From an uncultured cyanobacterium (GTDB taxonomy: Bacteria > Cyanobacteriota > Cyanobacteriia > Cyanobacteriales > Nostocaceae), in the NCBI GenBank assembly GCA_963740315.1, contig CAVUDP010000004.1:352001-416000 (forward strand): a DNA stretch of 64,000 nucleotides. The letters run 5' to 3'. This document shows positions 1 to 9,565 of this stretch, piece by piece. The notes under the pieces are model-generated. The model saw only the letters and a list, made by a program, of their open reading frames with translations. It did not search any database and was not told where the DNA came from. Each line of letters opens with the position of its first letter. Position 1 is the stretch's first letter. Position numbers and translations under genes: made by a program.

Positions 1-1715
1 TCATCTACTAAAGACTTATTACTAAAAGCATACTGATTTAATCTAGTATCAATTTCCCAGTAATGTTGGGCGGTTTCTAGTAATTGCCGCAGTGTGGCGA
101 GTTGTTCGTAGTTGGAATAGCCCACGTCAGACATGAAATATTCAATGGCACTATATAAAAAGGAAACAGGAGTGGGAATTAAACGTTTTTCGTAATTCGA
201 TCGCTCTTGCTCTAACCACTTTAATATGTTTCCATAGGCGGTTGTGGCAGCGTAACCCAATCTATCCCACCTTTCAAATGTATCGACAGTTAGTAAGTTG
301 GGATTTTCTGGATGCGGTTGAAAACAATAATCTGCGATTAACCCAGCGCGTACCGGATCGATATAATCATTATTATCGGGTTTTCGACTCAGTACTACCA
401 ACATCTCCGCGATCGCATCTCGATCTACCAAACGCCCCAAACCCGGATACACTAAGGTTAGTAAAGTTAGTAAAGCGCGGATAAGCGGCGAACTTATCAA
501 AGGACGTTTATCTTGCAGCGAATCAACCCGAATTCCCGCTTTAGCAAACATTCCGATCAAAGAATAACGAGCGATCGCATCTAAACCGGGGGCAATTATC
601 GCTATTTCTTTTGGCTCTACTATCCCGGATTTCACTGTTTCGATTATTGTCTGTGCGGTTTCTTGCAATAATGAAGCGCGGGAAGTGGTTTGAATTGATT
701 TTACGGTAGAAGGTAAACTCATTTGCGTCATTGGTTCGCTTACTAACTGCACCATTGAGTTCGAGAGCATATCGGATAAGGATAAAATGGGCGATTGAGT
801 CAAAGTCTCGATCTGACAATTTTCTGCTAACCCGGACATATAATTTGGATCTGCTCCCAATCCCAAACGCACTATACCATCGGGGTTATAGCTAAACGCT
901 CCCACACCACCATCGAGAATTAACTCAAATAATTGACGCATCAGTGCGGGATAATCCTGTACATCATCCGCTAAAACTGCTTGATAGCGTTTTTTTAATC
1001 GCGAAAGATAAATTTCGTCCGATAACAAATGTTGTCCGTAAAGTTCGGTAATTATTCCGTAGGTTAAAAAGCCCTTATCTAAACACCAGTTACGCCAATC
1101 TAATAATAAAGAGCCGATCGTATCTGGCTCTAAATTAGTAAAATTATCTTGTTGCGATATGACTTTGGTCAAAATATAGGGAATATCTTCGCATGGTGTT
1201 CCACTTAAAGCTGCTAATTGCAGTAAATCAAGGATACGGCGTACTAAACGAGACTCATTCATCCCGACACTACGCAAAATTTCTTCATTCAGTCGCGATC
1301 GCCACAGCTTAGTTGCTAATTCTTGTTCGGTTTCAGGACGCAATCTCACCGGAAATTGTGCTTTGATTTTCAAAGATTCTATCAGCAGGGGCCAAAATAA
1401 AATCACCTCATCTTGAAAAAAACCTAAAGGTGTTTTAGCTATCAGCGGATATTTTCCCCAAGTAGCAGTAACTATTTTATCTGCTAATTCTCGGCGATTA
1501 TCCCCATTTGCAGCAAACACCAAAACTCCGAGTTCGTTATTTTGAGGATACAGGCTTTTTGGTATGCTAGGGCTATTTTTTTGCAGCGGGTTATTAGTAT
1601 AAAATGTCTCTTGATTCGGATCGTAATTGTTTACCCAAATACAAAATTGCTGTACCAAACGTTGAGTCTTACCACTACGGCTAGGACCTACAATCCAAAG
1701 AGAATTATTTAGCAC
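1..1715 (-). CDS. P-loop NTPase / SF1 (UvrD-like) helicase-like conserved cyanobacterial protein, runs off window start
   Basis: Not in ORF track (no stop in window). Manual translation from GTG at 1715: MLNNSLWIVGPSRSGKTQRL (Walker A); Walker-B-like AVLADDVQD near 950-980; frame still open at position 3 (..WEIDTRLNQYAFSNKSLVD). Confidence 0.75.
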   Translation of the reverse strand, partial: MLNNSLWIVGPSRSGKTQRLVQQFCIWVNNYDPNQETFYTNNPLQKNSPSIPKSLYPQNNELGVLVFAANGDNRRELADKIVTATWGKYPLIAKTPLGFFQDEVILFWPLLIESLKIKAQFPVRLRPETEQELATKLWRSRLNEEILRSVGMNESRLVRRILDLLQLAALSGTPCEDIPYILTKVISQQDNFTNLEPDTIGSLLLDWRNWCLDKGFLTYGIITELYGQHLLSDEIYLSRLKKRYQAVLADDVQDYPALMRQLFELILDGGVGAFSYNPDGIVRLGLGADPNYMSGLAENCQIETLTQSPILSLSDMLSNSMVQLVSEPMTQMSLPSTVKSIQTTSRASLLQETAQTIIETVKSGIVEPKEIAIIAPGLDAIARYSLIGMFAKAGIRVDSLQDKRPLISSPLIRALLTLLTLVYPGLGRLVDRDAIAEMLVVLSRKPDNNDYIDPVRAGLIADYCFQPHPENPNLLTVDTFERWDRLGYAATTAYGNILKWLEQERSNYEKRLIPTPVSFLYSAIEYFMSDVGYSNYEQLATLRQLLETAQHYWEIDTRLNQYAFSNKSLVD

Positions 1716-1802
1716 AATCTGTCTCCAGATGATTTTGTTAAGATATCTAACAGCGTTAACGCCTCTTTTAAGAACCACAAAAAAGCTAGATGACTATTTA
1801 AA

Positions 1803-3173
1803 ATGAACAACTTTGCTGTTACCCAAAAAATTTACTCATATTTAGTAAAAGTTTACCAGTGGTACTTACGAACCCCGGAACGCTCTTTGGATGAAGCTTA
1901 TCAAGCAGCATTACAAATTAAGGCAATAGAAGATGAACATTTCAATGGTAAAAAAATAGATATAAATTCTGTTGATTATAGCAGCAGTGTAATAGATTAT
2001 TTTGAAACTGACCTGAGAAAACTTTTAAGAATCATTCGGATGAGGTTGACAGAGTTTAAAGCTACTCGCTATTTCCTCAACGAATCAAACATAAAAGAAG
2101 CCAACAAATTTGAGGTTGAATATCTTAATTCCGAATTGATTTTAGAAAAATTAAGATATATTGATGAAATAACTGCAAAATATACCATCCCAATTGTAGA
2201 AGAAAATTTACCTGAATCGGCGGTTGAATTTCCGACTCAAACTACTAATCCAAATAACAATGAATATTCCCAGATTATACCAAGAATTGAATCGCAAGTA
2301 GTTCAAGCAAAAACGGCAGATGCAGCAAAAAACAAATCGCCTAACCAGCCAAAAGGCAAGGTAAACAGCACGGGAGTATTACCTCGTTCAATTTTCAATA
2401 CATTCAATCGTTTGCAAGTTGAATTAGATCCCAACGCCGAGCAAGATATTGTGGATAAATTCCGCAAGTCTCAAAGAAGAACTATTATATCGGTGCGATT
2501 TTTATTATTGTTAATTATAGTACCTATTTTAAGCCATCAACTATCAAAAGCTCTTTTAGTTAGTCCAATTGTCGAACATTTTAGAGGTAACGATGAGACT
2601 AATTTGTTTGTTAATTATGAAATGGAAGAGGAAGCGCTATCAGAGCTAGAAAGATTTGAAGAAAAGATTAAGTTTCAAGCTTTAATTAATAATAATGCAC
2701 CTACGCTTTCTTCACGAGAAATGGAAGAAAGAATAGAAGAAGAAGTAAAAGTAAAAGCATTTGAAATTGCCGAAGAATATCGGATTATGAGCGGAAATGC
2801 AATTAAAAACGTTTTTGCTGACATAATTTCCGTGTTTGTATTTATCTGGTTTTTGGTATTTAGTAAAAAAGAAATCGCCGTTCTCAAAGAATTTTTTGAT
2901 TATGTTGTGTATGGTTTAAGCGACAGTGCCAAAGCATTTATTATTATTCTATTTACTGATATATTTGTAGGATTTCACTCACCTCACGGTTGGGAAGTGA
3001 TTCTTGAAGGTGTATCCCATCATTGGGGTTTACCAGCAAATCACGACTTTATATTCTTATTTATTGCCACTTTCCCCGTAATTTTAGATACTATTTTCAA
3101 ATACTGGATTTTCCGCTATCTCAATCGTATTTCTCCTTCTGCTGTAGCAACTTATCGTAATATGAATGAGTAA
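1803..3173 (+). CDS. pxcA: Proton extrusion protein PxcA (CemA/CotA family)
   Basis: C-terminal CemA signature GLSDSAKAFIIILFTDIFVGFHSPHGWE...TFPVILDTIFKYWIFRYLNRISPSAVATYRNMNE. Confidence 0.95.
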   Translation: MNNFAVTQKIYSYLVKVYQWYLRTPERSLDEAYQAALQIKAIEDEHFNGKKIDINSVDYSSSVIDYFETDLRKLLRIIRMRLTEFKATRYFLNESNIKEANKFEVEYLNSELILEKLRYIDEITAKYTIPIVEENLPESAVEFPTQTTNPNNNEYSQIIPRIESQVVQAKTADAAKNKSPNQPKGKVNSTGVLPRSIFNTFNRLQVELDPNAEQDIVDKFRKSQRRTIISVRFLLLLIIVPILSHQLSKALLVSPIVEHFRGNDETNLFVNYEMEEEALSELERFEEKIKFQALINNNAPTLSSREMEERIEEEVKVKAFEIAEEYRIMSGNAIKNVFADIISVFVFIWFLVFSKKEIAVLKEFFDYVVYGLSDSAKAFIIILFTDIFVGFHSPHGWEVILEGVSHHWGLPANHDFIFLFIATFPVILDTIFKYWIFRYLNRISPSAVATYRNMNE

Positions 3174-3331
3174 GATGGGCATGGGGCTACCTCCCACCTC
3201 CGGTGAATGGTAATTGGGAATTGGTAATTGGAAACCTTTAACCAAAAACATGCAGACCTAAAATAACCTTTGACCTTTAACCTTTAACCTGCTTTAATAC
3301 TTGGAATTTGTAATTTTCTATATTTTGACGA

Positions 3332-4594
3332 TTGCGAATGAAAAAGTCACTTGCCATAATTCCTGTCGCTTTACCCGTAGCCGCTTTATTAATAACCGTT
3401 ACCCCTCTCGGACGTTTATTACTTAGTCCTTTAGAGTGTCAATTAAAACGGTGGCAATTATCAGTGTCGATTCCAACTCAAAAGCCAGCAACACCACTAA
3501 TTCCAATTAAAAAAGCGCCTTTTCCTTGTTGTGAAGGCGATACTTCTTGTTTTGACGAGCAAATATGGGCAGAAAATAGCCAGCAAGCAGATAGAAAAAT
3601 TCTTTTAAGTTCTATAGATAATAGTTTGGGATATTTACAAACTAAAGGGGCTGAAAATACTTATAAAAGATATTCGGTACCTGGAATCGATAGAGAAAGA
3701 GTAATCAAGAGTTTACAAAGGTTTCGTCAATTGCTGATGTCATCTAAATCCGCAGCAGAATTAAATCAAGCTGTTGCCGAAGAGTTTGTTTTTTATCAAT
3801 CGGTAGGCAACGACAATAAAGGAAAAGTCTTATTTACCGCTTATTTCGAGCCGCTTTATATTGCCAGTCGCGAACAAACAGCAGAATACCGCTATCCTAT
3901 CTACTCTATACCCCCCGATTTAAAAGATTGGGAAAGACCACATCCTACACGTTTGGATCTCGAAGGTGCTGATGGTTTGCAAGGTGAAAAAGGAAAATTG
4001 AAAGGCTTAGAGTTATTTTGGTTTAAATCCCGTCTCGAACCGTATATGATGCAAATTCAAGGTTCAGCTAAATTGCGACTGCTCGATGGTACTCAAACAA
4101 GCGTCGGTTTTGCTGGAAATGTCGCTCATAATTACAAAAGCATTGGAAAAGCCTTAATCGATGACGGTGAATTACCATCAAGCGGTGTCACAATGCCGAC
4201 TATTTTAGAATACTTTGAAAAAGACCCCAAAAAATTAGACGTTTATATTCCTCGCGATCCTAGTTTTGTCTTTTTCCAGGAGAATAAAGGTGCCCCAGCA
4301 CAAGGTTCCATCCAAGTAGGGTTAAGCCCCGATCGTTCAATTGCTACAGATAAATCCTTAATGCCTCCCGGCGCATTAGCCTTGATACGCGGTCACTTTC
4401 CCTTTGCCACAGACAGCGGTGACATGAAACATCGTACCGTCAGCCGTTACGTTTTAGACCAAGATGCAGGTGGTGCCATCAAAGGCGCGGGTAGAGTCGA
4501 TTACTTCCTGGGAACTGGAAAAATTGCTGGCGATCGCGCTGGGGTAACGGTAAGTAACGGACAACTTTATTATTTGTTACTTAAAGATAGATAA
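3332..4594 (+). CDS. mltA: Murein lytic transglycosylase A (MltA, 3D domain)
   Basis: FTAYFEP, QIQGS, SIATD, DQDAGGAIKG..RVDYFLG motifs; N-terminal hydrophobic signal. Confidence 0.9.
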   Translation: MRMKKSLAIIPVALPVAALLITVTPLGRLLLSPLECQLKRWQLSVSIPTQKPATPLIPIKKAPFPCCEGDTSCFDEQIWAENSQQADRKILLSSIDNSLGYLQTKGAENTYKRYSVPGIDRERVIKSLQRFRQLLMSSKSAAELNQAVAEEFVFYQSVGNDNKGKVLFTAYFEPLYIASREQTAEYRYPIYSIPPDLKDWERPHPTRLDLEGADGLQGEKGKLKGLELFWFKSRLEPYMMQIQGSAKLRLLDGTQTSVGFAGNVAHNYKSIGKALIDDGELPSSGVTMPTILEYFEKDPKKLDVYIPRDPSFVFFQENKGAPAQGSIQVGLSPDRSIATDKSLMPPGALALIRGHFPFATDSGDMKHRTVSRYVLDQDAGGAIKGAGRVDYFLGTGKIAGDRAGVTVSNGQLYYLLLKDR

Positions 4595-4988
4595 ATATAA
4601 ATCATCATAAATCATCTACTTTTAGATAGATATTTTAAATTATTTTAGAAATGAAATTAATTTGATTGAATTAAGCTTAACATTACTGATGCGATCGCCC
4701 CCTTTTTAATGGAGTTGAGGGAATTATTTCAACATAAATTGTGATAAAAAAAAATGGAACCACTCCATATATTTGTCGTCACATAAAAAAGCATTGTTTA
4801 ATCAATTCATAATTTAAAATTTTTGTCAATAACTTCATATCAATAATTTTATTGCTAAATAATTTGTAGAAAATCAGAAAAACAAGATAAGTAATTTGTA
4901 TATACAACTATTCATATTGCACTAATGAGATTTGAAGTTCATATTCTCATTAACTGCGATATATAACCTTTTATCGGGGAGATTAAAA

Positions 4989-5435
4989 GTGATTAGGATT
5001 TTAGTTGATGCAGACCTAATTTTGGAGGCTTTGATGAATCGTAATACCGTAACAGATGTTAGGGATTTATTAGATAAAGTCAATCCTTGGATTCAGATGT
5101 ATATCACAGATGTTGGATGGGAGAAAATATATACTTATCTCAATCATTTACAAAATACGAAAATTGCGGAAATGGTAATCAATTGGTTGCAGCAAAAAAT
5201 CAAGATTTGCTCCGTAAATCAAAGTATTTTGCAGCAAGCGCGTTTCTCACCCATTAAAGATTTTGAATCTGCTGTTGAAATTATTTGCGCTAGCTATCAA
5301 CAACTAGATGCAATTGTGACTCATAAACATGATGATTTTGCCGAAGTATCAGATAAATTTTTGGTTTGGTCTATGGCAGAATTATGGATACGCGCTAATT
5401 TAGAAAGTCAGTTGCAAATAGAACAGCTTATTTAG
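4989..5435 (+). CDS. PIN-domain protein
   Basis: ILVDADLILEAL ... DFESAVEIICA ... LDAIVTH PIN motifs; likely GTG start at 4989. Confidence 0.75.
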   Translation: MIRILVDADLILEALMNRNTVTDVRDLLDKVNPWIQMYITDVGWEKIYTYLNHLQNTKIAEMVINWLQQKIKICSVNQSILQQARFSPIKDFESAVEIICASYQQLDAIVTHKHDDFAEVSDKFLVWSMAELWIRANLESQLQIEQLI

Positions 5436-5436
5436 T

Positions 5437-5742
5437 TTATTGTTCCCTATTATTGGAAGAATTAGACGATTTCTGCAAGCGTTCTAAACGAATAGAATTG
5501 AATTGAATTTGCTTTTGCAATAATGTTAAATTACCCTCCATGATTTTCTTTTGAGTTTCAAATATTTCTGTTTCTTTGCGTAAACCAGACATTCTCAAAA
5601 TACAATCTTCCGTTCGTCCCGGTTGAAAAATAATTCCGAGATAAACCGTCATATTGGAAGTATCTAAAGTATTCACACCAGTAGATAGATTAAAGCCGAA
5701 GTCGTTTTCCGTTTTTATATAAGCATTCGGAACCTTAAATAG
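5437..5742 (-). pseudogene. Probable 5'-truncated gene remnant (coiled-coil C-terminus), in frame behind the stop of 5743-6228
   Basis: Frame open from 5742 to 5437 (LFKVPNAYIKTENDFGFNLSTGVNTLDTSNMTVYLGIIFQPGRTED..coiled coil); no good ATG/RBS at 5' end. Confidence 0.4.
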
Positions 5743-6228
5743 CTAGCGCACCGAGATACTTAATTGGTAATTTAAAATACCATTACCGCTAGTTTGCTGA
5801 GTAACATTGCTATTTGGAGCATTCAATTCAACTTTTATTGAAGATGTCGCAGGAGCGTAATTTGCAGATATTTCGACTTTATGCTCCCCACCTGATAAAT
5901 AAGGCGACAAATCAATCTCAGTGGTTTTATCGTTCAAATTTTTAACTACTTTTCCATTTACAATTATTTTGCCATTTAGCTGGGTTGCTGAAGTTTCAAT
6001 CTTCAGTATATGTGGTTGTGATAGATTCGCAGCACTCAAACTAACTCTGCCACGTTGATATCCCGAAGAATTGCTGGTAAATGTGGTGGAACTACTTGTA
6101 TTATCCTGCATATTATTGATGTCCGATTGTGTAAGAATAGTTTGATTATTATTAACAAAATTATTTGCAAAAGCTGCTGAAATTGTAAACAGTACGGCAC
6201 CGCATACAAGAAAAATTATTCTTTTCAT
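5743..6228 (-). CDS. Secreted beta-rich hypothetical protein
   Basis: Sec signal peptide ending AAFA; alternating beta-strand pattern; last intact gene of the secreted-protein cluster. Confidence 0.8.
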   Translation of the reverse strand: MKRIIFLVCGAVLFTISAAFANNFVNNNQTILTQSDINNMQDNTSSSTTFTSNSSGYQRGRVSLSAANLSQPHILKIETSATQLNGKIIVNGKVVKNLNDKTTEIDLSPYLSGGEHKVEISANYAPATSSIKVELNAPNSNVTQQTSGNGILNYQLSISVR

Positions 6229-6369
6229 AATCTTTTTTTAATCACTAATCGTAAAACTTCATGGATTTATCCCGGAGATGAAAGCGATTTGACAGGTTTT
6301 AACATCGTATTCTAAAAATAGAAAAGTCCCCTATAAAGGAGACAATTATTAATCCTTAGCAAAAAAATA

Positions 6370-6768
6370 TTACCGTCTAAAAGAAGGAAGGTTAGGTTTT
6401 TTAGGCTTTCTTACGTGTACCGGAATATCGATTTTAATACCAATATTATTAGTATTTACCCCAGTGCGACGATTTGGATCGCCATCAACTCGCTGCCTGC
6501 TGGTGCGTTTTTGTTCGCACTTAGAAGAATTGCAAACTTGGGTTGATGTACTAACAGCAGTAGCACCAACGCTACCTTTACAGTTATTGCCAAATTCTTG
6601 ACTTACATTGTTTCTTTGTCTTCCTCTTGGTGAATCATCGATTGACACTTGAACGTTTACATCAATCGCGTTACATCCCGCTAATGCTTTATTGCTCAAA
6701 GAAGGAACAAAAAAAGAAGAAACAGTAGTTATTGAAAATAAGCTTATGGAAAGTAATTTCAGCTTCAT
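6370..6768 (-). CDS. Secreted Cys-containing hypothetical protein
   Basis: Signal peptide ending KALA; 4 Cys; beta-strand rich (IDVNVQVSI, IGIKIDIPVHV). Confidence 0.8.
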   Translation of the reverse strand: MKLKLLSISLFSITTVSSFFVPSLSNKALAGCNAIDVNVQVSIDDSPRGRQRNNVSQEFGNNCKGSVGATAVSTSTQVCNSSKCEQKRTSRQRVDGDPNRRTGVNTNNIGIKIDIPVHVRKPKKPNLPSFRR

Positions 6769-6782
6769 AATTGCATCCTTAA

Positions 6783-7112
6783 TTATTGACAGGTTGTTGT
6801 TCTGGTACGAACATAAGAACGATTTCTGCCAGAACCACTTTTATGAGTACTGCGGGAGGTTGTGCAATTACCTCTATTCCTTATAGTTTGCCGATAAACG
6901 CTTGCGGATGGAACGCTTGCTCCATTACGGCGGAGGCGACGACGGTAGGATCGGATTCTGCGACTATTTTTGATGTTAATGTCGCCATTGCGATCGATTG
7001 TTACCCTGGAATTGCCGTTTTGTACTTGAATTTCTCGCGCACTAGCAATTCCGGCTGGTAATGCCATCAATAAAGATAATGCAAGAATTGAAATCGTTTG
7101 TTTGGTGGACAT
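6783..7112 (-). CDS. Secreted basic (Arg-rich) hypothetical protein, 109 aa
   Basis: ATG at 7112 preceded by GAGG; signal peptide ending IASA; Arg-rich mature part with 2 Cys. Confidence 0.75.
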   Translation of the reverse strand: MSTKQTISILALSLLMALPAGIASAREIQVQNGNSRVTIDRNGDINIKNSRRIRSYRRRLRRNGASVPSASVYRQTIRNRGNCTTSRSTHKSGSGRNRSYVRTRTTTCQ

Positions 7113-7232
7113 GAGAACCTCTCGTAGTAGAAACTGATTTTTATAGTGATGAACCCCACCGCAAGCGGTGAATAAGAAAATCAGCAAAACCAGAATTAAG
7201 TAATACCCGTCCTCACGCAGACACTTTGATGT

Positions 7233-7574
7233 TTAGTAACAGTACCTAGAACCCATTAGGAGTTGACGCTGGATGTTTACCTGGCTGGCATTTTGGTCAA
7301 CAACACCGCTATCAACAGCAACAGCATTTTGATCGATCCGTTGATTTGAATGCTGTGACTGGGAATCTGTACCACATCTGCGGTTGCGAGGACCCATTCT
7401 TTCTTGACGCTGGATGCTTACCTGTCTACCATTTTGAATAATTCGACTACCAGAACCAATTACAGTAGCTTCTTGGTTTATCTCTTGAGTCGCGCCTTGT
7501 CCTGCAAATGCTGCGTTTGGTGCAACAATCAAGGTAGCAGCTAATAAACCGAAGGTAAAAATTTTCTCGATCAT
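7233..7574 (-). CDS. Secreted Q/N-rich two-repeat protein (divergent paralog), 113 aa
   Basis: MIEKIFTFGLLAATLIVAPNAAFA signal; two Q-rich repeats separated by an Arg/Cys linker; C-terminal Cys. Confidence 0.8.
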   Translation of the reverse strand: MIEKIFTFGLLAATLIVAPNAAFAGQGATQEINQEATVIGSGSRIIQNGRQVSIQRQERMGPRNRRCGTDSQSQHSNQRIDQNAVAVDSGVVDQNASQVNIQRQLLMGSRYCY

Positions 7575-7637
7575 CTTTATAGACCTAATTAGTGTTGCGT
7601 GTTGTGTGTTGTAATTTTTAGAAAGTAAATTTTTCAA

Positions 7638-7668
7638 TGTAGAGACGCGAAACCCTTGCGTCTCTACA
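7638..7668. repeat. GTAG-type REP-like palindrome
   Basis: tgtagagacgc-N9-gcgtctctaca; relatives at about 21471-21500 and 46092-46120. Confidence 0.7.
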
Positions 7669-7690
7669 AGCCAATTTGTAGAAAAACGAA

Positions 7691-8062
7691 TTAGCGGGAG
7701 CAACCAGTACTACTTACTACCATTTGCTTTTGTTCGCTAACGCTACTATTTGCTTGAACATTGTCAGAGTAGTCTATACCAATACCATTTTGAGTAGATG
7801 CTTGAGTAGAGGTTTGTGACTGAGTACTGTAGCTACCGGGACAGTAGCCCAAACGCTTGTAAGCACGACGTTGACGCAATCGAACTTGGTTTTGGATATT
7901 TAAACTGTCTGAGCTTTGAGCGTTTACACTACCGCCGATCGCCGCACCTTCTTGGGTAGTAATTTGTACGGTTTCTTGTCTTTGAGAATCTGCAAAAGCC
8001 GTACTGGGAGCAATCATTATACCAGCAGCCAATAAGCCGAAAGCGGCATACTTGTTAAACAT
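7691..8062 (-). CDS. Secreted Q/N/S-rich two-repeat protein, 123 aa
   Basis: MFNKYAAFGLLAAGIMIAPSTAFA signal; clear paralog of the 131-aa copies; GAGG RBS. Confidence 0.85.
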   Translation of the reverse strand: MFNKYAAFGLLAAGIMIAPSTAFADSQRQETVQITTQEGAAIGGSVNAQSSDSLNIQNQVRLRQRRAYKRLGYCPGSYSTQSQTSTQASTQNGIGIDYSDNVQANSSVSEQKQMVVSSTGCSR

Positions 8063-8105
8063 TTTGATTGACCTCAAATTGTATATTGTTTAAAACTGGT
8101 GAATT

Positions 8106-8138
8106 GGTGATGCCCATTTTTATTAAGTAGGCATCACC
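8106..8138 (-). terminator. Intra-operon stem-loop downstream of the triplicated genes
   Basis: ggtgatgcc...ggcatcacc perfect 9-bp inverted repeat. Confidence 0.55.
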
Positions 8139-8155
8139 CTTGATTCAAACGGAAA

Positions 8156-8551
8156 TTAACGACAAGCGCGGCTATTATTCGCAACTTGCTTTTGATCGTT
8201 AACATTGCTGTTAGATTGAGCGTTAACTGAACCGTCTACAGCCGCACCGCTTTGAACTGTTCCCTGAGAAGAGTTTTGGGACTGTCCGTTATAGCTACCA
8301 CCGCAAAAGCTAGGGCGAGAAAAACGACCGTAACCACCACGACGACCACCAACGCGATCGCGACGGTTTTGAATTTGCTCTTGAATGTTGAGAGATTCAG
8401 CACTTTGAGCGTTGGTGCTACCGCCGATCGCAGTTCCTTCTTGGATGGTGTTCTGGTTGTTATTCTGAGATTGAGAATCAGCCAAAGCCGCACCAGGTGC
8501 AACCATTAAACCAGCAGCCAACAAACCAAAAGCGGCATACTTCTTAAACAT
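8156..8551 (-). CDS. Secreted Q/N/S/G-rich two-repeat protein, copy A (131 aa)
   Basis: ATG at 8551 after GAGGA RBS; signal MFKKYAAFGLLAAGLMVAPGAALA; same 396-bp length as copies B and C. Confidence 0.9.
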   Translation of the reverse strand: MFKKYAAFGLLAAGLMVAPGAALADSQSQNNNQNTIQEGTAIGGSTNAQSAESLNIQEQIQNRRDRVGGRRGGYGRFSRPSFCGGSYNGQSQNSSQGTVQSGAAVDGSVNAQSNSNVNDQKQVANNSRACR

Positions 8552-8655
8552 GATATTTTCCTCGTGTAATTGTGTTGTGTGTTGTTGAATTGAGGTGGCT
8601 TTGATGTATATATGCAAAGCCCCTGTTTTATTTGCTAACTGTTAACTGTTAAGTG

Positions 8656-9051
8656 TTACCGGCAAGCGCGGCTATTATTCGCAACTTGCTTTTGATCGTT
8701 AACGCTGCTACCAGATTGAGCATTGTCAGAATAATCTACAGCCGCACCGCTTTGAACTGTTCCCTGAGAAGAGTTTTGGGATTGTCCGTTATAGCTACCA
8801 CCGCAGTAGCTAGGGCGAGGAAAACGACCGTAACCACCACGACTGCGACCGATACTATCGCGACGGTTTTGAATTTGCTCTTGAATGTTGAGAGATTCAG
8901 AACTTTGAGCGTTGGTGCTACCGCCGATCGCAGTGCCTTCTTGGATAGTATGTTGATTGTTATTCTGAGATTGAGAATCAGCCAAAGCCGCACCAGGTGC
9001 AACCATTAAACCAGCAGCCAACAAACCAAAAGCGGCATACTTCTTAAACAT
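8656..9051 (-). CDS. Secreted Q/N/S/G-rich two-repeat protein, copy B (131 aa)
   Basis: Near-identical tandem copy, 500 bp from copy A. Confidence 0.9.
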   Translation of the reverse strand: MFKKYAAFGLLAAGLMVAPGAALADSQSQNNNQHTIQEGTAIGGSTNAQSSESLNIQEQIQNRRDSIGRSRGGYGRFPRPSYCGGSYNGQSQNSSQGTVQSGAAVDYSDNAQSGSSVNDQKQVANNSRACR

Positions 9052-9169
9052 GATATTTTCCTCGTGTAATTGTGTTGTGTGTTGTTGAATTGAGGTGGCT
9101 TTGATGTATATATGCAAAGCCCCTGTTTTATTTGTTAACTGCTAACTGTTAACTGTTAACTGTTAACTG

Positions 9170-9565
9170 TTACCGGCAAGCGCGGCTATTATTTGCAACT
9201 TGCTTTTGGTCGTTAACATTGCTGTTAGATTGAGCATTGTCAGAATAATCTACAGCCGCACCGCTTTGAACTGTTCCCTGAGAAGAGTTTTGGGACTGTC
9301 CGTTATAGCTACCACCGCAAAAGCTAGGGCGAGGAAAACGACCGTAACCACCACGACTGCGACCGATACTATCGCGACGGTTTTTAATTTGCTCTTGAAT
9401 GTTGAGGGATTCAGAACTCTGAGCATTTACACTACCGCCGATCGCAGTTCCTTCTTGGATGGTATTTTGATTGTTATTCTGAGATTGAGAATCAGCCAAA
9501 GCCGCACCAGGTGCAACCATTAAACCAGCAGCCAACAAACCAAAAGCGGCATACTTCTTAAACAT
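9170..9565 (-). CDS. Secreted Q/N/S/G-rich two-repeat protein, copy C (131 aa)
   Basis: Near-identical tandem copy, 514 bp from copy B; first gene of the cluster. Confidence 0.9.
   Translation of the reverse strand: MFKKYAAFGLLAAGLMVAPGAALADSQSQNNNQNTIQEGTAIGGSVNAQSSESLNIQEQIKNRRDSIGRSRGGYGRFPRPSFCGGSYNGQSQNSSQGTVQSGAAVDYSDNAQSNSNVNDQKQVANNSRACR

Noticed and set aside
242..819. ORFs 242-484 (+) and 541-819 (-)
   Set aside because: Overlap the longer minus-strand P-loop gene (1-1715)
4989..5435. PIN toxin-antitoxin pair
   Set aside because: No adjacent antitoxin ORF found upstream; treated as a solo PIN protein
8236..9523. Alternative-frame and antisense ORFs over the triplicated genes, and 5' extensions to 8617/9117/7703/7187
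   Set aside because: Shadows of the real genes; RBS position, signal peptides and equal 396-bp lengths fix the starts
5743..9565. Calling the cluster curli (csg) or Fap, or RiPP precursors
   Set aside because: Repeat consensus differs from CsgA and FapC and no CsgG/FapF is visible; leaders are Sec-type, without double-Gly/Nif11 features or modifying enzymes
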